A stretch of DNA of 63,964 nucleotides, the filler included, from Octopus bimaculoides (taxonomy: Eukaryota), in NCBI RefSeq assembly GCF_001194135.2. It is 7 parts of 6 records of this genome, joined end to end, with 100 filler letters (N's around TTAATTAATTAA, not from the genome) between each part and the next. Parts side by side here need not be neighbours in the genome. Positions count along the whole stretch, not along the records: positions 52,712 to 60,842 come from NC_068983.1; positions 60,943 to 62,826 come from NC_068982.1; positions 62,927 to 63,964 come from NW_026367585.1; 4 more parts are not named here. The stretch is one strand, 5' to 3'. Shown in pieces: positions 53,113-63,964 of this stretch (the first letter of the stretch is position 1; each line of letters starts with the position of its first letter). The translations under genes and the position numbers were made by a program. The notes beneath the pieces are model-generated. The model saw nothing but the letters and a program-made list of their open reading frames with translations, was not told the origin of the DNA and searched no databases.

Positions 53113-54177
53113 ATCCGTATTATATAATGCGAAAGTCATTGGTATATATATGTAGGTTCTTTTGTCTTTTTTTATTCTAATCCATTTATTTGCACGGTCG
53201 CTGATGCATTATTTCTAGTATTCGAACAAATATTGCATCTCAAACCTTAGCAGAAATATTTGATGGATGACAGATGGAATTGCAGAACATTTAAGTCATA
53301 TTGCCATCGCTGATTGACAGGCAGCGGTCTCGTTCATGGCAGCCCTTCCTTCTGGTTCGACGGCTTGTTTCACCAAACAGCTGGTCAGCTCTGGCTGCTG
53401 GAACGGAAATTAACACGACACTGTTGGAAGGTATGTTTAGAGAGAACGCGGGCTAAAACAACGCGTCTTTCCCCTCCATTGGTCAGTTGAAGTTTAGACA
53501 GTGCCACGTGACAACTAGCTGGTGCTGGCTCCTGGAGCCTACCGGCGCGTATTTAAAGGGAAATTTGGCAGGATGGTCATTCGCCCGTTGACATTCGTTC
53601 ACGCTGCATCGAAGAGGCCAGGGAACGGAAGCAAGGAGAAAGAAGAAATGCACTCAACACCAGAGCTGAATACTCTTCCGAAGAGGAGGGGCACCACGTC
53701 GAAAGCTGTAGAGGAGAGGGGTTGAAACTGGACGTGGCTCCTCCTGATGATGTCTTTAGCCACTGGATCCTATAAAGGAGCTGTTGAGGTAGCGAACCAC
53801 GAAGCGTGGTTGGGATTCCTCCTTTGTTTAGAAGCAGTCAGCAAGGAATGACCCAGTTGCCGTTAGTTTTGTCCAACAAACATGGAAGCCTTCACCCATT
53901 CGTGCAATTCTTCTGTAAAGGGGACAGGCAGCCATTTTTATCTGTTTGGATTTCCTTGTTGCAATTGTTGCTGTCCTTCTAAATGAAATCCTACCGGAGA
54001 CAGAACACGGCCATGAATCATCGGGGTTTTGACATTATTGAAGAGCCTTTTGTTTCTACTTGGGTCTGGAAACTCTTATCATACAATAACACATAGACGT
54101 GTGTATGTGTGTGTGTGAGTGTGCGTGTTTATGTACATATATACACATATGCAAACATACTTTTATGTGTGTGTGTG

Positions 54178-54341
54178 TAGGCGCAGGAGTGGCTGTGTGC
54201 TAAGAAGCTTACTTCTCAACTACATGGTTCCGGGTTCAGTCCCATTGTGTGGCACCTTGGGCAAGTGTCTTCTGCTGTAGCCTCGGGCCGACCAAAGCCT
54301 TGTGAGTGGATTTAGCACACGGAAACTAAGAGAAGCCCGTC

Positions 54342-54385
<44 letters not shown>

Positions 54386-54570
54386 ATATTTGTGTGTGTC
54401 TCTGTTTGTCTCCATCGCTTGACAACCGATGCTGGTGTATTTACGTCCCCGTAACCTTGTGGTTCGGCAAAAAACACCGATAGAATAAGTACTAGGCTTA
54501 CGAAGAACAAATCCTGGCGTCGATTTGCTTGACTAAAAGTGGTGCTCCAGCATGGCCGCAGTCAAATGGT
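54178..54570 (+). mobile_element. SINE family A, near full length
   Basis: 'aggcgcaggagtggctgtgtgctaag...gtggtgctccagcatggccgcagtcaaatg'. Confidence 0.88.
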
Positions 54571-55393
54571 GGAGGAAAAACACAGACACCCCCCCATATA
54601 TATATATATANNNNNNNNNNNNNNNNNNNNNNNNNNNNNNNNNNNNNNNNNNNNNNNNNNNNNNNNNNNNNNNNNNNNNNNNNNNNNNNNNNNNNNNNNN
54701 NNNNNNNNNNNNNNNNNNNNNNNNNNNNNNNNNNNNNNNNNNNNNNNNNNNNNNNNNNNNNNNNNNNNNNNNNNNNNNNNNNNNNNNNNNNNNNNNNNNN
54801 NNNNNNNNNNNNNNNNNNNNNNNNNNNNNNNNNNNNNNNNNNNNNNNNNNNNNNNNNNNNNNNNNNNNNNNNNNNNNNNNNNNNNNNNNNNNNNNNNNNN
54901 NNNNNNNNNNNNNNNNNNNNNNNNNNNNNNNNNNNNNNNNNNNNNNNNNNNNNNNNNNNNNNNNNNNNNNNNNNNNNNNNNNNNNNNNNNNNNNNNNNNN
55001 NNNNNNNNNNNNNNNNNNNNNNNNNNNNNNNNNNNNNNNNNNNNNNNNNNNNNNNNNNNNNNNNNNNNNNNNNNNNNNNNNNNNNNNNNNNNNNNNNNNN
55101 NNNNNNNNNNNNNNNNNNNNNNNNNNNNNNNNNNNNNNNNNNNNNNNNNNNNNNNNNNNNNNNNNNNNNNNNNNNNNNNNNNNNNNNNNNNNNNNNNNNN
55201 NNNNNNNNNNNNNNNNNNNNNNNNNNNNNNNNNNNNNNNNNNNNNNNNNNNNNNNNNNNNNNNNNNNNNNNNNNNNNNNNNNNNNNNNNNNNNNNNNNNN
55301 NNNNNNNNNNNNNNNNNNNNNNNNNNNNNNNNNNNNNNNNNNNNNNNNNNNNNNNNNNNNNNNNNNNNNNNNNNNNNNNNNNTTATTTTTTCT

Positions 55394-55442
55394 GTCTCCG
55401 ATGAAGGGAAGTACTGGATATTCCCAGAAACAGCTGTAAGAC
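55394..55442 (+). ncRNA. Hammerhead motif with ACAGCUGU palindromic stem III (core variant)
   Basis: gtct-CCGATGA-a-gggaa(gtactggata)ttccc-a-GAAA-cagctg-TA-agac; U4C change and one extra A. Confidence 0.65.
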
Positions 55443-55500
55443 TCTATCCATAAAATTCTTCAACCTTACCTTTGCTCTCTTTATCCTTTTGTTTTTATAT

Positions 55501-55554
<54 letters not shown>

Positions 55555-55887
55555 GTACTTTTCTTTTCTCTTTTCCTCTCTCTAATCAAGCTTCCAAAAA
55601 CTCATCAAACACACATACTTACACGCACATACATACACACACATATTTATACACCCACACATGCATGTACACACACACACACACATACACGTAGAGTCAA
55701 AGTAATAAAGAACATTCTCTTCCCATTTCAACTCCAGGTTTTTTTCAACTAATTCACACTCACACACATGGATTTCTGTAAACAAATCACTCATGATGCT
55801 TCTGTCAAAAAGAGAAGAAAAAGCTAAATAAATAATTATCCAAAATTCTGACTACCACCTTTTCCTTAATATATATATGCATGTGTG

Positions 55888-55935
<48 letters not shown>

Positions 55936-56217
55936 TGTATGTATGTATGTATGTATGTATGTATGTATGTATGTGCATTTGTGTGTGCGTGTGTGTATGC
56001 TTATTTATGTGTATTAGTTAGGTAGCTAGATTGGCAAACAAGAAATAGATAAGAATAAAGAACTCGTAACATGTTTTGTAAGCGAAGTCGTAGTGTTACG
56101 TTTGCAAATATTTTCTATTTACAAAATATCTTTCAGAGCATTATAAATATAATGCGCGTGTGTTTGGAAGCATATCTATGTACATGTATGTATATATATG
56201 TGTGTGTGTGTACGTAC

Positions 56218-56248
<31 letters not shown>

Positions 56249-56303
56249 TATGTATATGTATATGCACACAACTAAACGATATGTGTATACGAATGTGTGT
56301 ATG

Positions 56304-56340
<37 letters not shown>

Positions 56341-56481
56341 TTACATACATATACACATACATACATATTCGTACATACATACATATATGCATACATACAT
56401 ACATGCATTACTGTATGGACGGATGGAGGTATGAATGTCTTTACATGGGTGTATATATATACTTGTATGTATATGTATGTA

Positions 56482-56559
<78 letters not shown>

Positions 56560-57143
56560 TACATGCATGCGTATAAATACGCAGTCCTTTGTGTATGATG
56601 TATATCACCAGAAATGAGTGAGATCCGTTTACAGGTTTCTCTGGTGCAACGTTCCTAAGGACATCATCGGAGTCTGTAACGATAAACCGACGAACTCAAT
56701 CTACTAAACAAGACTCCGAGAGGCGACCGATCAGATTCTATTTACCAACCCAGCACGATTGGAACCGCTGATATTTGATATAACACACTCTTCTACAATT
56801 TCAGTTTCTTTAAGTTTAGCACTTGCCATATAAATTGTTCATGTGGTTGGTTGACTTGCAAGAAATAACAACCAAATCAGCCTGAAATCAATCAGTAACT
56901 TTTTATATAAAGAATATGCTACACTAATTTAATTCTTTGATATACCAAAACAAATGTGGTCATTAATGTTCAAAAGTGATGGTCATTAATGGAAGTAATG
57001 TTCTTAGATATAAGGGAATATTCTGTACATGTCGGTTCACGGTTGACCTGGTCCTAACTATCAACAACATGTAGGCGTTTTTTTAATACATTATTTACAT
57101 TATTTACATTTGATGGATATTTGTCCTCATCTTGTTTGTTGTT

Positions 57144-57189
57144 AACACGAAGTTTCGGCTGATATACCTTCCAGCCTTCATCAGGTGTC
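57144..57189 (-). ncRNA. Hammerhead motif (family E)
   Basis: gacac-CTGATGA-a-ggctg(gaaggtatat)cagcc-GAAA-CTTC-gtgtt. Confidence 0.7.
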
Positions 57190-57274
57190 TTGGGGGAATT
57201 TCGAACCTGGGTTCTCATTCTTAAGGTATTTTTTGATGATATTACTACTACTACTACTACTACTACTATTATTA

Positions 57275-57309
<35 letters not shown>

Positions 57310-57434
57310 TAGGTCACTGCCTGGAATCGAACTCGGAATGTTGTGGTTAGTAGCCCGCGCTCTTAACCACTACGCCATATGCCCGTGGGGATATTTACAT
57401 TTGACAGATATTTGTCCTCATCTTGTTTGTTGTT

Positions 57435-57480
57435 AACACAAAGTTTCGGTTGATATACCTTCCAGCCTTCATCAGGTGTC
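57435..57480 (-). ncRNA. Hammerhead motif (family E)
   Basis: gacac-CTGATGA-a-ggctg(gaaggtatat)caacc-GAAA-CTTT-gtgtt. Confidence 0.65.
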
Positions 57481-57527
57481 TTGGGGAAATTTCGAACCTG
57501 GGTTCTCATTCCTAAGGTATTTTTCTA

Positions 57528-57589
<62 letters not shown>

Positions 57590-57954
57590 CTCATCTCTTA
57601 AATATAATTATAATATTATAATTCCTCATCTCTTAAATATAGAACTGTTCTTTTTTTTTATATAATTCGTAATATTTAACCCTTAATAGTCATAAAGTCC
57701 TTTGACAAACACTGTCGCTCTTTCAGTTTATTTTGAAAAATTATGAAGAATTTAGCAAAATAACTTGCCATGATGAAGCTGGTGCTTGCATCCTAAATTA
57801 GAATGCCATTTTGATGGAAGGTTTAAATTTAGATCACTTAAATCATTTTATTGCCTCTTTACTATTGAAATATACTGTCTTTGTTTTAAATAATTTTTAA
57901 AATGATTAAAAAGATTTAGTAAAATAAGTTTGTCATTATCAAGCTGGTGCTTGA

Positions 57955-58175
57955 AGGTGATCAGCCGGCAGAATCGTTAGCACGCTGCACGAGATGCTTA
58001 GCGGTATTTCGTCCGGCGCTACGTTCTGAGTTCAAATTTCGCCGAGGTCGAAAAGTTACCGATTGATTTCATCCTTTCGGGGACGATGAATTAAGTACCA
58101 GTTGCGTACTGGGGTCGATCTAATCGACTGGCCCCCACCCCCAAAATTTCGAGCCTTGTACCTAGAGTAGAAAAT
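57955..58175 (+). mobile_element. SINE family B
   Basis: 'gaatcgttagcacg..gagttcaaatttcgccgaggtcg..taagtaccagttgcgtactggggtcgat'. Confidence 0.8.
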
Positions 58176-58908
58176 ATTATTATTAAGTCAGACACTTTAT
58201 CCAGTGCTGCTTTCANNNNNNNNNNNNNNNNNNNNNNNNNNNNNNNNNNNNNNNNNNNNNNNNNNNNNNNNNNNNNNNNNNNNNNNNNNNNNNNNNNNNN
58301 NNNNNNNNNNNNNNNNNNNNNNNNNNNNNNNNNNNNNNNNNNNNNNNNNNNNNNNNNNNNNNNNNNNNNNNNNNNNNNNNNNNNNNNNNNNNNNNNNNNN
58401 NNNNNNNNNNNNNNNNNNNNNNNNNNNNNNNNNNNNNNNNNNNNNNNNNNNNNNNNNNNNNNNNNNNNNNNNNNNNNNNNNNNNNNNNNNNNNNNNNNNN
58501 NNNNNNNNNNNNNNNNNNNNNNNNNNNNNNNNNNNNNNNNNNNNNNNNNNNNNNNNNNNNNNNNNNNNNNNNNNNNNNNNNNNNNNNNNNNNNNNNNNNN
58601 NNNNNNNNNNNNNNNNNNNNNNNNNNNNNNNNNNNNNNNNNNNNNNNNNNNNNNNNNNNNNNNNNNNNNNNNNNNNNNNNNNNNNNNNNNNNNNNNNNNN
58701 NNNNNNNNNNNNNNNNNNNNNNNNNNNNNNNNNNNNNNNNNNNNNNNNNNNNNNNNNNNNNNNNNNNNNNNNNNNNNNNNNNNNNNNNNNNNNNNNNNNN
58801 NNNNNNNNNNNNNNNNNNNNNNATATATATATACACACATACATACATATGTATATATATGTATATATGTATCTATCTATCAATATATATATGTTTGTGT
58901 GAGTGTAT

Positions 58909-58984
<76 letters not shown>

Positions 58985-59611
58985 TATATTGTCTGACACG
59001 AGTGGGTGAACAAAGGAAACGAAGTAGCTCTCAAAATTTTCTTGTTTGCGTCGTATTTCATAACACACCCATACACACACCCATGAATACACACACGCAT
59101 ACACGCACACATACACGCACACACTTGGATAGGCACGCACACACATCGATTTTAAACTAGTCTTTTTCTTTATTTTTGTCTGAGCTATTAGATAGTAACA
59201 TTATTCCATGAAGTTTAAGTGCAATTTTTAATTTTGCTGGAATTCTTATTGAAAGTAAGAGAAATTATTCTTATTTACTGCACCAGAGTTGCATCTTTTT
59301 CAGTGACCATCCTGTAGCCACCACATCATATACAGTAACCCGTCGCAAAATCACGGTTCATTATTTAAGCTTACGTCGATTCCTTTGCGGTGTTGTTTTG
59401 CGTTTAGAATAAAATGACTATATACTGATCGATTGCAAATATAGTGAACAACCTTTGGAATGCTATCGTATTCAGAGACCAAAGAAGAGAAAAGCAAGAG
59501 AAAGGAGGGAATTTGGTCATTGCTGTATATATACGGAACTAATTCGCCTGTTTCATGCCAATTAGCCTTAGGCTATTGTTATCCATTGTCATGGTTCAAA
59601 AGTACAAAAGT

Positions 59612-59837
59612 AGGGGCAGGAGTGACTGTGTGGTAAGAAACTTGCTTCCTAACCACATGGTTCCGGGTTCAGTCCCACTCCATGGCACCTTGGGCAAGTG
59701 TCTTCTACTGTAGCCTCGGGCTGACCAAAGCCTTGTGAGTGGATTTGGTAGACGGAAACTGAAAGAATCCCGTCATGTATACGTATGTATATATATGTAT
59801 ATATATGTGTGTATATATATATATATATGTGTGTGTA

Positions 59838-59868
<31 letters not shown>

Positions 59869-59914
59869 ATGTATGNNNNNNNNNNGTGTATATATATATA
59901 TATATGTGTGTGTA

Positions 59915-59945
<31 letters not shown>

Positions 59946-60140
59946 ATGTATGTATTCGTGTGTCTGTGTTTGACCCCCCACCATCGCTTGACAACCGACA
60001 TTTGTGTGTTTACGTCCCCATAACTTAGCAGTTTGGCAAAAGAGTCCGATAGAATAAGTACTAGGCTTACAATGACTAAAGGTGGTGCTCCAGCATGACT
60101 GCAGGGAAATGACTGAAACAAGTAAAAGAATAAAAGTATA
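59612..60140 (+). mobile_element. SINE family A, full length with expanded central microsatellite
   Basis: Head at 59612, body, (TA/TG/TATG) tract at about 59775-59955, tail 'aagtaaaagaataaaag'. Confidence 0.88.
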
Positions 60141-60332
60141 NNNNNNNNNNNNNNNNNNNNNNNNNNNNNNNNNNNNNNNNNNNNNNNNNNNNNNNNNNNN
60201 NNNNNNNNNNNNNNNNNNNNNNNNNNTATGTATATATGTATATATATATAGTAAATTTGAGGAAGTTATATCCTCATTAGGGATTATATAATTCAAAGTT
60301 TTCTGCTAGTTTAATCCTTATCATATAATTCT

Positions 60333-60543
60333 TTTCTACTCCAGGCACAAAACACAAAATTTTGGGGGAGGGGGCCAGTCGATTAGATCGACCGCAGTCC
60401 ACAACTGGTACTTAATTTATCGACTCCGAAAGGATGAAAGGTGAAGTCAACCTCGGCGAAATTTGAACTCAGAACGCAAAGGCAGACGAAATACCGCTAA
60501 GGATTTCGCCCGGCGTGCTAACGTTTCTGCCAGCTCGCCGCCT
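60333..60543 (-). mobile_element. SINE family B
   Basis: Ends 'cgtttctgccagctcgccgcctt'. Confidence 0.85.
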
Positions 60544-60958
60544 TATCCGTATCATACCGTGGCATTCCGTCGGTTACGACGACGAGGGCTACAGTTGATC
60601 CGATGGACGGAACAGCCTGCTCGTGAAATTAACGTGTAAGTAGCTGAGCACTCCACAGAAACGTGTACCCTTGACGTAGTTCTCGGGGAGATTCAGCGTG
60701 ACGCAGAGTGTGACAAGGCTGACCCTTCGAAATACGGGTACAACAGAAACATTGATAGAAATACAGGTACAACAGAAACATGTATTATATATGTATATGT
60801 ATATATATGTATGTATGTATGTATATATATATATATATATATNNNNNNNNNNNNNNNNNNNNNNNNNNNNNNNNNNNNNNNNNNNNTTAATTAATTAANN
60901 NNNNNNNNNNNNNNNNNNNNNNNNNNNNNNNNNNNNNNNNNNACAAATATATATATAT

Positions 60959-61110
60959 AATTGCACTACTGGGTACTGCACACATTCTACGCAAAACACT
61001 TTCAATACAGTAAACATAAGAGCACCACAGCAAACCACAGCACATACCCAAGGCGCACAGAGCTGCGCTCGGTAGTGAAGTGAAAGCACGTTATAAAAAT
61101 AAAACTACTG
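60959..61110 (+). mobile_element. R4/Dong-like LINE extreme 3' end
   Basis: Matches the corresponding part of 18917-19259; (AAT)n tail. Confidence 0.88.
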
Positions 61111-61113
61111 AAC

Positions 61114-61149
<36 letters not shown>

Positions 61150-61355
61150 CCTTTCTAATAAAGACACAAGACTTGAAATCTGGGTAGAGGGGACTAGTTG
61201 ATTACGTCGATCCCATACTCCACTGGTACCTAATCTATCAACCCCGAAAGGATGAAATGTAAAGTTGGCTTCGGTGGAATTTGAACTCAAAACCCAGCGA
61301 CGGGCGAAATACTGCTAAGTATTTCGTCCAGCGTGCTAATGAGTCAGCCAGCTCA
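61150..61355 (-). mobile_element. SINE family B
   Basis: Core 'accccgaaaggatgaaatg..gtggaatttgaactc'. Confidence 0.75.
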
Positions 61356-61375
61356 CCCCCTTAATAACAATAATA

Positions 61376-61415
<40 letters not shown>

Positions 61416-61445
61416 CGACGACGACGACGACAACAACAACAACAA

Positions 61446-61506
<61 letters not shown>

Positions 61507-62055
61507 ATGCCCTGATGCAGTACCAAGCAGTGGCTCTCATGGCTTTTGATCTTAACTGATTGGAAGTGTTATCATGTACATTGTATTGTCTCGGTAGAAA
61601 GATGGGCAACAGCAAATATTCCACTCAATACCAGTGATTTGCTTGTCAGTTGTTTGACCATAACTATCTTAGTATATCACTTTGTGGCTGAAGATATGAG
61701 CATCTCTGATCACCGGAAGTAGTGGTGGAAAATTATAGCCATGTGTTGAGAGGAATTCTTTGGAGTTTGAATAATTTACCTGTGGAAACATGGGAGTTTT
61801 GTTCAACATCTTTAAACAACCCTTATTCAGGGACCTTTTGAGAGGGATGGGCTACTCAACCTGAAGAAAATTCTAACTGGGCTCCACCTGCAAGGTCATG
61901 TGGTGTTTATCTTGATATGACATCACCATGTCGCACACGTATGGTTGTGATGCATGCGCCTGGTATACCCATATCAGACGAGTAGTCATGATGTGTATAC
62001 TGGGTTTCGTATATTTTACCCCAGTGTCACTTTTATGGCATGCACTGCTCTCTCA

Positions 62056-62058
<3 letters not shown>
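61507..62058 (+). repeat. About 550-bp interspersed repeat, copy 3
   Basis: Homologous to 19685-20248; (AAC)n left flank, (AAT)n right flank. Confidence 0.85.
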
Positions 62059-62114
<56 letters not shown>

Positions 62115-62125
62115 TAATAATAATA

Positions 62126-62390
62126 AACCCCCAAATGGCAGAAATTCAAAAGATGGTGCTTATGAGAACTGACCATATACTACCTAAAATGCTGTCTTTG
62201 AATCTCAGATTTTAAAGCAAACTCATAATTTTCTTATGTTTTTTTAGACATTCTCTAGAACTATACTATGTGCAAAACCAAATATATGACACCCTAGGCA
62301 TAACACCAACATAAGCTTCTGACTTGTTGTCTCTTGAGGTCTCTGGGTGAGACTTGTGGTCGATTTGTACAAAAACAAAGCAATAGTCAA
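62126..62390 (+). mobile_element. Third RLE LINE family, 3' end
   Basis: PQMAEIQKMVLMRTDHILPKMLSL matches the RLE LINE terminal motif; (AAT)n flanks. Confidence 0.6.
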
Positions 62391-62426
62391 ACATATAATA
62401 ATGATGATGATGATGATGAAGATGAT

Positions 62427-62700
62427 GTCATCAGAGTGGTTTACAGAGAACTATGTAACATGCTTGGATTGGAAAAGACAAGAAAATAGTATAAACATGA
62501 ATCAAAGAGTATGGTAGAAAGTGTCAGAGCAAAGATCCTTTGAGACTTTGTGATAACCTGTCATTATGGAATCAAATATCGGAAATCCAGTATTGTTCTG
62601 ATATAAAAAAAAAGAACGTAGAAAAAAATTGTAGCTAATCATAGACATCACGTGCACTAGGAAGAACAGAATCGCCGAAAAGGGAGAAAAACTGACGGGC
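62427..62700 (+). mobile_element. RLE LINE fragment (post-zinc-knuckle to endonuclease)
   Basis: VIRVVYRELCNMLGLE..*YKHE..KIL*DF..IVLI..LIIDITC. Confidence 0.6.
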
Positions 62701-62826
62701 TAGGGGCAGGCGTGGTAAGAAGCTTGCTTTCTAACCACATGGTTCCGGGTTCAGTTCCACTACTTGGCATCTTTTGCAAGTATCTTCTACTCTAGCCTTG
62801 TGAGTAGACCAGGTAGAAGAAAAGTG
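62700..62826 (+). mobile_element. SINE family A, 5' part
   Basis: 'gtggtaagaagcttgctttctaaccacatggttccgggttcag'. Confidence 0.75.
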
Positions 62827-62930
62827 NNNNNNNNNNNNNNNNNNNNNNNNNNNNNNNNNNNNNNNNNNNNTTAATTAATTAANNNNNNNNNNNNNNNNNN
62901 NNNNNNNNNNNNNNNNNNNNNNNNNNCACA

Positions 62931-62966
<36 letters not shown>

Positions 62967-63016
62967 TACACACAGAATCTGACAAACTAACTGTATTTTG
63001 ACAGTGACACCGAGCG

Positions 63017-63137
63017 CTATTTCGATTTCCAATATGGTCCATGTAATCTCTCCCGTAATCTCCGATTCGCTATGGGCCTTAGCTCCACATTGCTCCTAAT
63101 ACTAGACGAATCTGATGTTTTCTCACCAAATATTTCA
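63017..63137 (-). CDS. Candidate terminal coding exon of an unidentified gene
   Basis: Acceptor-like 'aactttttcag|', then T+EIFGEKTSDSSSIRSNVELRPIANRRLRERLHGPYWKSK*. Non-repetitive and GC-richer than its flanks; no homology recognised. Confidence 0.25.
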
Positions 63138-63964
63138 CTGAAAAAGTTCTATCAGGCACTAATATACACCAGTATATTTTAGTATATTCCATTAACACAA
63201 AGGTTCCTCTCGAATATATATATACACACGATCGATATGAGACCATAATACATATATTTGGTGCGCAGATGTAAACGAATAATGTATATTAATGATAGTT
63301 ATTAAAGTAACGTTAGTAATAATTACAACGTCTTATTACAATCTATATTATTTAATTTTAAATAATAAGTAATATTATTACAATCATTTGTATTGTATTT
63401 AAATATTGTCAGCTTAAAATTTACTTTGTAAATTTCATGTTTATGGTAAACGTTGGAATATAAAGAAAACATTGGTTATAATATATGCATATATATATAT
63501 TATATATATGTATGCATTATATACATGCATATATATAAATATATGTATATACACATATAGATATACATGTGTATGTATATATAAATATATATATATATAT
63601 GCATGTATGTATATATACACATGTTAACGACGAAAGTAGTATGAATACCGAACGGTAATATTATGTGTGTGTATGTCTGCACGTACATGTGAGAGTGTAT
63701 ATATGCATGTATATATGTAAGTATGTATGCATACATACATTTAAGCAGAGAGACAAAAAAAATTTGCATGCCTAGTACAGACATATATATATTGAACATG
63801 AATACAAGCAAATATATGTTCGTGTGTATTTATACGCTTGTATGTATGTGTGCATATATATATATATTTATATATATATATATGCACATACATACATACA
63901 TATATCTATGTATATTATATATATATACATGTACATATTAATATAAACATATATATATATATAT

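Larger units (their letters stand above)
57090..57640 (-). mobile_element. Tandem family E terminal repeats (tRNA-like head, (AAT)n, HHR) plus a short inverted piece
   Basis: Two units 291 nt apart; tRNA-like head at 57312-57384; 57588-57640 is the repeat end ('ttcctcatctcttaaatatagaactg') in opposite orientation. Confidence 0.85.

Noticed and set aside
57312-57384. Functional tRNA gene
   Set aside because: The acceptor and anticodon stems pair poorly and it is embedded in a repeat; treated as a tRNA-derived head.

Overview
AT-rich, microsatellite-saturated eukaryotic DNA with many N gaps and six artificial N44-TTAATTAATTAA-N44 scaffold joins. Its repeat content looks like a coleoid cephalopod, probably Octopus (inference). 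No intact protein-coding gene is visible, and almost all ORF-track entries are translations of microsatellites or gaps. Supported content: (1) about ten minimal type-I hammerhead ribozyme (HHR) motifs from at least five repeat families, tied to Penelope-like element (PLE) remnants. One family has a terminal repeat made of a tRNA-like Pol III head, an (AAT)n tract and an HHR; it occurs as an inverted pair around a GIY-YIG C-terminal remnant (16.8-17.6 kb) and as a 291-nt tandem (57.1-57.5 kb). (2) A decayed 2.1-kb NHL/six-bladed beta-propeller coding region, interrupted by a SINE whose removal restores the frame. (3) A probable class-A GPCR pseudogene. (4) Several R4/Dong-like RLE LINE fragments that mostly abut (TAA)n tracts. 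(5) A full-length decayed mariner. (6) Four abundant tRNA-derived SINE families and several foldback/MITE elements. All calls are by eye; none was checked against a database.
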